From Massalongia carnosa (lineage: Eukaryota): a DNA stretch of 64,000 nucleotides. The stretch lies in NCBI GenBank assembly GCA_965645245.1, contig OZ287072.1:682001-746000 (forward strand), in the 5' to 3' direction. How positions within the stretch are numbered: the stretch's first letter is position 1; each line of letters begins with the position of its first letter. A program made the position numbers and the translations under genes. Shown here piece after piece: positions 14,679 through 25,364 of the stretch. A model generated the notes under the pieces. The model did not search any database. It had not been told where the DNA came from and saw only the letters and a program-made list of their open reading frames with translations.

Positions 14679-16650
14679 CAGTCAGATCGGGTTATGAGAA
14701 AGTCCAAAATCGTAGCACCTAGGTTTCTAATATCAAAATTCTTGGCATATTTTCAAGACTATACCTATCGACTACCTAATGGCAAAGAAATCCGTCATTA
14801 CAGCTTGCCTAGAGCTAATCGCCATTGAGATCTTGATATCCCACTCTTTACGATTCAGACGACGTATCAAATCATCGTCACCGACCTCTCGTTGCTCCTC
14901 ATATAACCGTAACGTTTCAAGAGCTCGTAGAGCGTCCTTGTTTTGAACACGTGATACAATGACCTCCTCCTCCTCCGTCTCGTCATATATAGCAACGATG
15001 TGATCCTCCAAATCCTCTTCGGTATCCTCTACCACCTCTTCAACAGGGTTCAGAAATTCATCAATAATGACGCTTTGTATATGACCACGATCTTTCAAAC
15101 GCCGTATTGTAGCTTGTATCTCGTTGCTTCGTTTCTTGCTCTTGCGCCCGAGTCTCATTGAGATAGTCATATTTCTCCGCCTCTTCTCGAGTCATTGACT
15201 CATATTTTGCCCCGGTTACACGGGATTTCAGTCAACAATTAGAAATAGTTAACTGAATAACATCGTAATTCCAGGCGACTACGCATCAACGTATTGTCAT
15301 CAGTACGTTGGTGATTTTTAACGGCTTCCTATCTGCGTCGTATTCGGAGGCCATGTACTCTAAGCAGCGTTGTCTGTAATGAGCCTTGTCTGTAATGAGC
15401 CTTGAAAGCGTCTATAATATCCTGATCCAGCGACTGACATAAGCTGATAGCATTGCCTGACAGAAATATAACGCTAACATTGAATAAACCACCTTCAGCA
15501 ACTATGATATCCCAGCCGCTTTGATGAGCTGAAAAATTGTCAATTAACAATACAACCTTACGACTTACGTTACCATTAAACCAGCGTAAATACTCCTGAA
15601 ATATATCGCCCGACATCCAAGCTCTGCTGTTACTGCGCCATATCATATGCAGGTTACAAGCGTGAACACCCTGTGAACCAAAAGCACGCGGATTTTTGGC
15701 CGTCCCAATGAACCATATGAGAAGCTTGTGAGTTCCAGTAGCATTGCAACAGAAATTTGCAGTAATTCTCGCTTTTTCCACCTTGCCGCCTGGGAGCTGT
15801 TCCGTAGCCAATGTAGTACTGGGTGTAGCCTTTCAAAATAAGGCAGTTTCATCCATGTTGTAGATATCTTCCTGATCGTATGATAATAGCTGTACTCGTA
15901 TTACTTCTAGCTCTTCTTCAACCTCCACACGCTTGACGGAACCGAGCTCGCCGTGTTGTCTATGTTTTGTAATCTTGTATCTTCTTTGGAAAGAATCCAG
16001 CCATTCAATAAAGAACCTGAAAGATGATTGATTACGGTAAAGAGGCAATCGTTTCCAAAATTTCAAGACCATTTCTCTTAACAAATCGCCCGACAAAGGC
16101 GCTCTTTTGCGTTGCATGCGCTGTTGCCACTCAAATAAGACCGTTTCTAATTCAGGCCAATGTGCAATTCGAGTTTTTTTCAGATTCGGGCGTAGCAATG
16201 CGTGAGATGTATTCAGATGAGCCCATTTATGTGAGAGGATTTTGAAAACTTGTCCTTTGTCAATTTTATGACGGTAAAGATTGTCAAACCAAACGATCAG
16301 TTTTTCGTATTTCTTGTCATCTCCAGATACAGCAGGATCTTGGTAACGCTGTCGTAATGCTCGTCGTTGATCGTCGATAAAGGCGTCACGCTTTTTTCTG
16401 CTTCTCTCTCTGAGAGAAAGCGGGGATGTAGAACGACGTTTTCGAGGATTTCGAGATGAAGATGGGGTCTCCGGATTTTGACTATTATCTCAAAGAAGTC
16501 GAAGGAGAAGTCATATTTACTATAAGAAACCACCGCAAAATTTTTAGAGAAAGTTAAGAAACTTTCTAATAGAGCGAGGTTTCTTATCCCTTACCAGAAA
16601 AAAACCGATCTTTTCGTCCGAGTTTCTTACTAGCCGAGGCGATCTGACTT
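14679..16650 (-). mobile_element. Degenerate pogo/Tigger-like (CENP-B-related, DDE_1) DNA transposon, about 1.97 kb
   Basis: TA at 14677-14678 and 16651-16652 flank short imperfect terminal inverted repeats (CAGTCAGATCG / CGATCTGACTT). Repeated subterminal GTTTCT(T/A)A motifs. Transposase pseudogene inside. Confidence 0.85.
14772..16440 (-). pseudogene. pogo-family transposase pseudogene (HTH + CENP-B HTH + DDE_1)
   Basis: Motifs QRRALR, WPELETVLFEW, YNMDETALF, LLIDNFSAH and CQSLDQDII. In-frame TGA at 15833, 15286 and 15232. A 16-bp tandem duplication (15371-15402) causes a frameshift. No ATG found at the expected start, so the 5' coordinate is approximate. Confidence 0.9.
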
Positions 16651-17069
16651 TACTCCGTACGGAGTATTGCATCCCTTTTCTGACTCAGATTCAATTTTCA
16701 GCTCTCTGCTTGCTTGACCGTTTGTTCACTGGATCATGGCTGGCTACCTACCTACCTACCTGGGTGGTTTATACCCAGAGTCCCAATGCTCAGGGTGGCT
16801 ATTATTAAGGTTCCTCGGTGATCTACCTCTAACGTATCGAGCACTCTTGACGGAATCCCTTCAGAAGTTACCTTGGACAGAAACTGTGTGCCTACCTAAA
16901 TGGCATATTATACAGAGTATAACTTCTCCGGGTAAAAGCCAACAGCAACAAGGACTCCAAAAGTTAGGAATATGCACAGGAACTCCAGAGCACTATCGAG
17001 GAGTCTAGTTTCTTGCCATGAACTTTCTTGATTGATTGGCTTTGAGAGTGGGATTTTCACGGTAAGTAA

Positions 17070-17292
17070 CTCGGTTCTTGGTACTCGGTTCTCGGTACTC
17101 GGTACTCGGTACTCGGTACTACAGAGTAGATGTACAGAGTAGATGTACAGAGTAGATGTACAGAGTAGATGTACAGAGTAGATGTACAGAGTAGATGTAC
17201 AGAGTAGATGTACAGAGTAGATGTACGGAGTACAGAGTAGATGTACGGAGTACAGAGTAGATGTACAGAGTAGATGTACAGAGTACAGGGTA
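17070..17292. repeat. Compound minisatellite: 7 x CTCGGT(A/T) heptamer, then 11 x ACAGAGTAGATGT 13-mer with interspersed ACGGAGT/ACAGAGT/ACAGGGT heptamers
   Basis: Read directly; heptamers 17070-17118, 13-mers 17121-17277. Confidence 0.95.
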
Positions 17293-17354
17293 TTTCTGGA
17301 ATGTTTACGATGCGTCTTTTCACGACATGATTGTACTCCGCTCGCCTTCGAGTA

Positions 17355-19039
17355 CGAAGGATGACACTGAAAGTCCTTGCTAGCGTACATGAGACGTGCA
17401 TTAGTGTTTATTAGCTTACAAGGGGAATACAGTACTAAAATAGTCTAGAAAATCTCGAATTGCTTCTGTTCTCTTCGTCAAAAAGACAGTACTACTACAT
17501 CTGATATTCAGTAGAAGGTTTTAATCATCATCATTATCATGCCCAATGCACAGAGCAATAGTCTCACGATTGCACAAAGAATACAGGCTTTAGCGCTTGT
17601 AGAACACGGAATTGCGGCGAAAATCGTGCAAGAAGTGACTGGAGTCTCGATTTCAGCTCTCAAAATCAAAGCACGACAGCGTGGATATGATCCAGTTGTA
17701 TCTCGTGTTTTAAAAGTAGAATACATAGAAGATGCACCTCGTTCAGGACGACCTAAAAAGGTTACACCGGAGGTAGAGCAAGCTATATTGAATAATGTAG
17801 TGCAAGATCGAAATAGCAGAGAAAAATCATCAGCTATGATTGGCTTTGATCATAAACTCTCCTCCACTACTATACTTCGTACGCTTAAACAGAATGGGTT
17901 TCGCCCCTGTAAAAGCACGAAAAAGCCAGGTCTAGATTCGATCATGAAAGAGGCTCGTCTGCAATTTTGTTTGCGATATCAGCACTGGACTATTGATGAT
18001 TGGAAGAACGTTATATGGACTGACGAAACAAGCATTATATTGGGTTCTAGACGTGGAAGAAGACTTCAGTGGCGTACCTCGAAAGAAATGTATGCTAAAA
18101 CTTGTATTCGACGTAGATGGAAAGGATGCTCCGAGTTTTTGTTTTGGGGATGTTTTTCGTACGATAAGAAAGGACCTTTTCATATCTGGAAAACAGAGAC
18201 TGCAAAAGAGAAAAGAGAGGCTCAAATTGAGTTAGATAAACTCAATGAGACTTTAGAATCAGAAGCTAAAGAGAATTGGGAGTTAGAAACCAGCATGAGA
18301 CGAATGAAGCTACGTAATCCAGGAGGTCGAAAACCTATCTGGAAATGGGATAAAACACACGGTAAAGTCGTTCGAGATGGCAAGGGAGGTGTGGACTGGT
18401 ATCGTTATCAAAAACTCGTCTTAATTCCTAAGCTTCTTCCGTTTGCAAAAGAATGTATGATAGATCGACCAAACACTATCGTACAGGAAGACAAGGCCCC
18501 CAGTCACGCATCCAAACATCAAAATCTGATCTTTATGGATTTCAACGTCATGCGTCTGTTGTGGCCTGGAAATTCTCCTGATCTGAACATGATCGAGCCT
18601 TGTTGGTTCTGGATGAAGCGAAGAACCACTCGATCAGGTGCTCCGCGGACTCGTATTGAGGCTGAAAAGGCCTGGACAAAGTGCTGGACGGAGGAGTTGA
18701 CGCAGAAAAGAATTCAGTCCTGGATTGAACGTATAAAGCGACATGTTGACGAGGTGATATTGTTGGACGGAGGTAACGAGTATAGAGAAGGTAGAGAGAT
18801 CGGAGTCGTACGACCGTATAATAAAGAAGATCGCCGTGTTCGATATCATCGCGCTCATCTCAAAGAAAGCACTGACAGCGATGAATGTGAGTGATAAAGA
18901 TGATAGAGGTGGTAACTCTAAATAGCTTATTCGATTGATTGATATGTAATAAATATCTATCCATGCAAATATACCCATGTAAAGTGGCTTTTTTAGCTGC
19001 ATATTTAGCGTTAGGAAGGACTTTCAGCGTCATCCTTCG
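17355..19039 (+). mobile_element. Intact Tc1-like DNA transposon (1685 bp)
   Basis: 31-bp TIRs CGAAGGATGAC(A/G)CTGAAAGTCCTT(G/C)CTA(G/A)CG, 28/31 identical, at 17355-17385 and 19009-19039. TA target duplication at 17353-17354 and 19040-19041. Confidence 0.95.
17539..18894 (+). CDS. Tc1-family DD34E transposase, 451 aa, uninterrupted
   Basis: N-terminal HTH ending in RSGRPKK. Catalytic WTDET, QEDKAP and WPGNSPDLNMIE, with 34 residues between D2 and E. Confidence 0.95.
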   Translation: MPNAQSNSLTIAQRIQALALVEHGIAAKIVQEVTGVSISALKIKARQRGYDPVVSRVLKVEYIEDAPRSGRPKKVTPEVEQAILNNVVQDRNSREKSSAMIGFDHKLSSTTILRTLKQNGFRPCKSTKKPGLDSIMKEARLQFCLRYQHWTIDDWKNVIWTDETSIILGSRRGRRLQWRTSKEMYAKTCIRRRWKGCSEFLFWGCFSYDKKGPFHIWKTETAKEKREAQIELDKLNETLESEAKENWELETSMRRMKLRNPGGRKPIWKWDKTHGKVVRDGKGGVDWYRYQKLVLIPKLLPFAKECMIDRPNTIVQEDKAPSHASKHQNLIFMDFNVMRLLWPGNSPDLNMIEPCWFWMKRRTTRSGAPRTRIEAEKAWTKCWTEELTQKRIQSWIERIKRHVDEVILLDGGNEYREGREIGVVRPYNKEDRRVRYHRAHLKESTDSDECE

Positions 19040-20088
19040 TACAGAGGTACCTATCAAACGGTCCACGGAGTAACGGAGTATGAAGCGGATAAACCGTGTG
19101 TCATACCATGCCGAAACGAGTTAAGCAGCATGTGCACTGGGCGTCTTGGCCTGACCGAATAGCCTACGGGAAATTCTCGGCAATTCGGTGCAAATTGGAG
19201 GACTCGTTATCCAATCCTCTCTGGTTCTCAGCAGCGTGGGTGCATATGTACGGGAATTCCGTGCAGTCCAGGCTGTATGCTTATATAATCGTAGCTCAGT
19301 CCGGATGAGCCAATCAATTTGGTGTTATCAGGGATCTTTGCGAGGTTTCCCCCCTCCCAAAAAGTTAAGCCTGAATAGGGTTAGATACAAGTCGTATTTT
19401 CGTGCTCTGTACCTTGCTGCCGCAATCTGCGCTACTCTGTACCCCAAAACCTTTTTGACCCTCCGCCCCCCTCTAAAACCTTCAACGGCGAAACAGCGAC
19501 GACCTCGACCTTGCGTACTTCCTGACTACCCCATAACGTACCCACCCAAGCTCGGATTCCTGCTTCTTGCAGCGAGGGAGCATGTTAACCAGAAATCCCT
19601 CCGTGCAGTGCTGATTCGCCATATCTCCTGGGTTCCATCGTAATCGTCTAGCAGCCCCTTCTTGCGACCGAGCCAGATCATCACCACCCTTAGCCTGACA
19701 AACCTTCAGCACCTGCGAGTCGAGTGCGAGTCAGCTGGACACCTCCTCTCGCGAATTGCCATGTGGTGATTGCAACATTAATTGTCACTCGCTCGAAATA
19801 CCTTACGATCGCTACCTTGCCCGTTATCGAGCTGGAGCAATCCATCGTTTGTCGCCGTAACTCAGCTTCTTTGTTCCAATTATCCTTTGAATGCCCAATC
19901 CTACACCCTCTTTGGCCGATTCCTCATCCAGCCAAACCTTCTAACTAGCCTCTACTCAACGCAATTTGACCACGCTGTTGCGATTTTTCGACAACCTGCT
20001 GATCGTCAATTGAGGTAGTGGCCACGCACCATTTCTTGAAGTCGTGCTTGCCTGCCTTTCACCACGGTAATCTTTACCTATTGTGAAC

Positions 20089-21650
20089 ATGGATGCAATG
20101 TCGCTTGGTAGGTCATCGGGATGGACCTCGTCGAACAACTATTAACGGAGTGTCAAGGACTCGACTTCACAAAGCGGAGCTTGTTTCGAAGATGTCTTCA
20201 GTGCGAAACTGCCAACCCTGACTGTCCAGTATGCGCAAAGGATGAAATATGTTCGCTGATTGGAGCGTCGTGCGAAGAGTGTGCGAGGACGGAATGCACG
20301 AAGATTGGAGGCGGTGACGCATCAACACCTCCTCAACCATCGCATAAAGGGGGGTCGTCGGTCACAGGTGCAATCGCTGGTGGTGTTGTCGGGGCTGTGG
20401 TTGTCATCATCATCATCACCTGGCTGGTTTGGAGATTCTGTATCAATCCACGACGATCAGAGTTCGAAGGCAACGAGTGGCGCGACTCAGGGGTGGTCAA
20501 GGAGAAGGACCCCGATAATTTTGCCATGCGGCGCGACCCACGAGCATCTACCCACACGGTGGGATCAATCGCCTCGACCGTCCTGACAAGGGCTTCTAAC
20601 ATCATTCAAATCGCCTATATTCCTGGAGTGACGAACAGATCGATCGAGTCGTCTCCCGATCTCCTGGTGCCACCTGTTCCTCCCATTCCAGCCGCTTCCC
20701 TCACGAACTCCAGCATTTCAACCCCCCAACCCAGCCACGAGCAGCATTTCTTCATGCCAAGCGACTTGCGGGATTCGAGATATTCGGGGTATACGGATGA
20801 CAATCGAACTTCCTATGCCCGCTCCAGCTTAAATCCTACCGCTCGAAGCAGTGTAGCAACAACTGCCTATCGCAATAACGCTGTAGTCAACCCACTTCCA
20901 GCTCAGGTCATTGCTCGGGGTAAAGCCAATGCCGTCAGCGTCAAGTCGAGTGGGAAAAACAGCCCTGTCGACACTCCGCGGTCAATTACGCCACCTATGC
21001 CTCCGATCGATTATGAGCGTCATGGCCAAATGGTAGTGAAGACTACTGCTCCAATTGTCGCTCGATCGGGCGTTCCCAGAGCCGTTACGCTCACAAAAAG
21101 TCCAGCCTCTGCTAATAGCTCGCCGAGCTCCGCCACAAGCCTCTCTCCTGATCCATCTCACGGCCATTCTCCAAACCATCTTCAAGACTCTTCAACGCCT
21201 CTGATACGCCCGGAAAGATCAGCATCAACCCAGGATTCGCACCGCCATCATGTAGATTCATCCACGTTCGATGATGCTTCCACCGACGATGAGGACTCGC
21301 CACCCGATCAGAGCTTGATGGGCCATGAACGTCGGTTCTCGACTTCCAAGCAGCCAGGTTTCAAGTCGCCTCAATCCGCCCCGAATCTAAGACACTCGCG
21401 CTACCAATCAGCCTCGGCCTCGTCGGTTGAGAGCCATGATCGGGTCAATACTCACCAGCAGCACAAACGTTCTGGAAGTCTTAATCAAATCATCGAAGAA
21501 GCAGCGAGAAGGGCCAGCAGGGAGCCTAGGCACGGTGGGCTCGGGAGCGCAGCCGGAGGTGGAGGGAGTGGCCACGCTGGTGTTGGAAGCCTGGCAAGTT
21601 GGAGGAAAGACGGGCCTTTCTCCGATGCACATGCAGCAAGAACGCCATAA
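20089..21650 (+). CDS. opy2: Opy2-like membrane anchor protein (HOG/filamentous-growth MAPK signalling)
   Basis: 8-Cys extracellular domain CLQC..CPVC..EIC..SCEEC..EC, a single TM helix and a Ser/Pro-rich tail with NIIQIAYIPGV. Probable 50-bp intron 20108-20157; ATG 20121 is an alternative start. Confidence 0.85.
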
Positions 21651-22270
21651 GGTGGTCATTCTAAACATCCCCATGGAGCCTGGCGTTGATTTATATGAGA
21701 GCAAGATATCCGGCTTGGATAGCCTGGCGTGTGGTTTTGTGCACCTATGATATATTTTTCTTGTACACTCTTGGTCTCTCTTGATTGTATCTCCATCTAT
21801 TTCATACTTGCGGAAGGGATTTAGCGGCGTTGTATGTGTAATCCAACTGAAGTCGGATTATCCGAGCAGCCTCATCGGTGTACATGGCCGTGACGTTTGT
21901 AGTCCGAGATGGTTTGCATTCCATTTCTTTCGATCGAATGGATGGTCGAGGAGTAAACCGGTTGGTGTTGACCATCGTCACGAGCTCAGGCTTAGATTGT
22001 GGTCATGCCTTGGAGTTAGGGCTAGGGTTGGATTGACCCGAAAACGAAGGTATTCCGACGTATCTTAATTCTTTTAAACATCTGATGCCCTGCCTGCTCT
22101 CGCTCCATTACAGAATACTTTGCCCTTCAACGTCATATAACTCACGCGTTTCTTCATTGCAATCACTCAAACCCTTCAAACAGCCCTCATACACCTTCGG
22201 GCCTCGAAATACACATCCGCTCTTACATTCCCTCGCATTTTCCAAACGCACCTTTGCAACGACTTTGACC

Positions 22271-24040
22271 ATGGCACCCCAACTCGAAGGCTACTTCAAG
22301 GAGTGCGTTATGTTTCCTCGTTCGGTGTCATAGCGTAACGATTCAAAACCAGCCACTAAAACGTGTGAAGCGCAGAGTAGACAAGCTTTCGGAATCGTTC
22401 ATTGAACGTTAGTTGTTGCCCCAATCGCTCCCTTGCTCCTCGAAGATGCACAACACCTCTCGTTTGACTCCTACCAAGGTCTCCGCAAGGCTGTGGCCAT
22501 TCCTTCTGTCTCAGCAGACGAAGACCGCCGCCCAGATGTGGTCAAAGTCAGGCCCTCCTCCGCCCGAACCCCCTCCCCGCGGGGCTAATTTTCTCCATTC
22601 AGCTAGATGTCAGAGTTTCTGGTTGCGGAAATTAAGGCCCTAGGCGCTCATGTTGAATCGCGGCCTTTGGGTACTCAACCAGGGAAGCCTCATCTCCAAC
22701 TTCCCCCTGTCATTGTCGCCCGTTATGGCTCCTCCCCCAACAAACGCACCATCCTCATCTATGGCCACTACGACGTACAGCCCGCGCTCAAAGATGACGG
22801 ATGGGCTACGGAGCCCTTCACTCTGACCATTGATGATAAGAACCGCATGTATGGGCGCGGCAGCACCGATGACAAGGGCCCCGTTCTCGGCTGGTTGAAT
22901 ACGATTCAGGCTCACCAAGCGGCGGGCGTGGAGTTTCCGGTGAATTTGCTTATGTGTTTTGAGGGAATGGAAGAGTCCGGGAGCGAGGGGCTGGACGAGT
23001 TCATCGAGAAGGAAGCCAAGGAGGGAGGGTTCTTCGAGGCCGCTGACGCCGTGTGCATTAGCGACAACTACTGGGTGGGCACCGAGAAACCATGCCTCAC
23101 CTACGGCCTGCGGGGATGCAACTACTACAGCATCAGTATCCATGGCCTCGGCCAGGATCTACACAGCGGCGTCTTCGGCGGTAGCGCGCAGGAGCCCATG
23201 ACGGATCTCGTGCGCGTGCTGGCCACGCTGGTCGACACGAACGGCAAGATCCTCATCCCCGGCATTCAGGACATGGTTGCGGCCGTCACGGACGAGGAGA
23301 AGGCGCTATATGGCGACATCAGCTACACGATGGAGAACCTGTATGAATCACTTGGCAGCACGACGGGTATTCACGCGGACAAGGAAAATACCCTCATGGC
23401 GCGCTGGCGCTACCCGAGCCTCAGCATCCACGGCGTCGAGGGTGCGTTTAGTGCCCCAGGCGCGAAAACCGTCATCCCCGCTAAGGTGATCGGGAAATTC
23501 TCCATCCGCACCGTGCCGGATATGCAGAGCGACCGAGTCGACAAGCTGGTGTTTCGCCACGTCCAGGACGAGTTCGCCAAGCTGCGCAGCAAGAACGTGC
23601 TGGATGTTAGCCTGCAGCAAGCGGGCAACTGGTGGGTGGCGAGCCCCAAGCATTGGAACTTTAGCGCCGCGAGCAAAGCGGTTGAAAGCGTCTTCGGCGT
23701 GAAGCCGGATCTGACGCGTGAGGGTGGGAGGTGTGTCTTTTTCTTTTCATTTCCCTCCCCTTGGTCTTGTCCTACCTTCCTCCTCCTATGCTCCTTCCAA
23801 ACCTTCCCCCCCCTTTATTTCCCTAACCACTAACTCAAAAAAACACGCCTCAACCACAGCATCCCCATTACCCTCACCTTCGAGCGTACCACCGGCAAAA
23901 ACGTCCTGCTGCTCCCCATGGGCAGCAGCACCGACGCCGCCCACAGCATCAACGAGAAACTCGATCGTGGGAACTACATTCAGGGCACGAAGCTGCTTGG
24001 AGCGTACTTACATTTCGTGGCCGAGGAGAAGGCAGTCTGA
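22271..24040 (+). CDS. dug1: Cys-Gly metallodipeptidase Dug1 (M20A peptidase), 5 exons
   Basis: [10 protein letters not shown] start. Motifs [49 protein letters not shown] and AHSINEK. Stop 24038-24040. An in-frame upstream ATG exists at 22085. Confidence 0.95.
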
Positions 24041-25364
24041 GTTTTGCGGGCTCTTGAGGGTTGAAGGGTTAGGGAAGGGGAGTGAAGTGGAGTGGAGTGG
24101 GGTGGGGTGGGGATAGGTTGGTTTGAGTGTAAAAGCCATTATCGAATCAAATCAAACTAGAGACTGTGATATCTCCATCCATTCAGCCAGCCAGCTAGCC
24201 AGCCAGCCAAAAGGTACACAATCAATCCACAAACCCAAACCCCCAATTTCTCCCCGTTTCTCGTCTCGATCAGTACCGAAAGACGTTTCTTCATGCTTTC
24301 TATCTATCTATCTTAGTAGGTAGGTAGGTAGTCCTTCCATCTTCTCTACCGTTACGATTCCCAGCTCTAGACTTCAGCTCTAGAGTTCAAGCGTAGCCAG
24401 TCAGGTAAGGCTCTCAGATGGATAGATGGGTGGATGGGAAGAAAAGATATCACGGGGTTTTTTGTTGGAGAAAGTTTTTAGCTTTTGAATTTGAGTTTGA
24501 GAATGTACTTCATCTCCCTCGTTCCCCGTCTCGCAACCCAATCAATCAACCAATCAATCAATCTAGTCTTTTATTACTATTAAATCAGCCAACCAACCAA
24601 GTAATCGGCTAATCACTCGGTTTTCCAAAAAAAAAAAAAAAACCAAGAGACGATGAAGAAAGATAAAAAAAAATGAAAAAATGAAAAAAAAGATCATTTC
24701 AACATCCCATCACACACACTCAATCAGTAAGTTAGATACCTATGTAAAATATATATATCCGTTTTTTAATAGAACCCCCCCCCCCCCAGGCCCAGGTCCA
24801 GGCCCTGACCTCTCCCAAAGCTCCCTCCAGCTCCCCTCAACTAAGCAAATGAGCCCCCCCTGCCACTGGCGCGCGCCCCTCCCTCCCTTCCTACCCTCCT
24901 ACCCCCCTCAGCAAGTCAGCCAGTCAGCCAGTCAGCCAGTCACTCAGCCAGCCAGATAGATATTCATTAAATAGAAAAGCAGAAAACAGGTACAAGTTAA
25001 AGCTATCAAGTTTTAAAAGGCCTACGTGTAGCGCGATCAATGGTCGTTCGAGGTTGCAAAGAGCCACGCCATATAACGCATAATCGCCGCCGCCGTCGCT
25101 GCCGCCACCAGACAGGATATTTTCCTCTCTTCCGATGTTCATATTAAAGTAAAGTGAAGCCATAAAAGGACATGTAATGGCAAAAGTAAATGAATCGCTC
25201 GCTTGCGACAAGACTCCAAATTTGACGCCCACAGCCGCAACAACCAGCAAAAATAAGAACAGCAACGGACAGATCATATACTCATTTCACCTCCCCTCCA
25301 CCCAAAATATCCATGCCAAATCGTACACCCTTGGGCTGACGTGAAACTTTCCATCCACTATCAA

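Noticed and set aside
17070..17292. CRISPR-like array or repetitive protein (ORFs 16908-17390, 17057-17401)
   Set aside because: Head-to-tail 7/13-bp units with no unique spacers, no cas genes and a eukaryotic context. The ORFs are by-products of the repeat.
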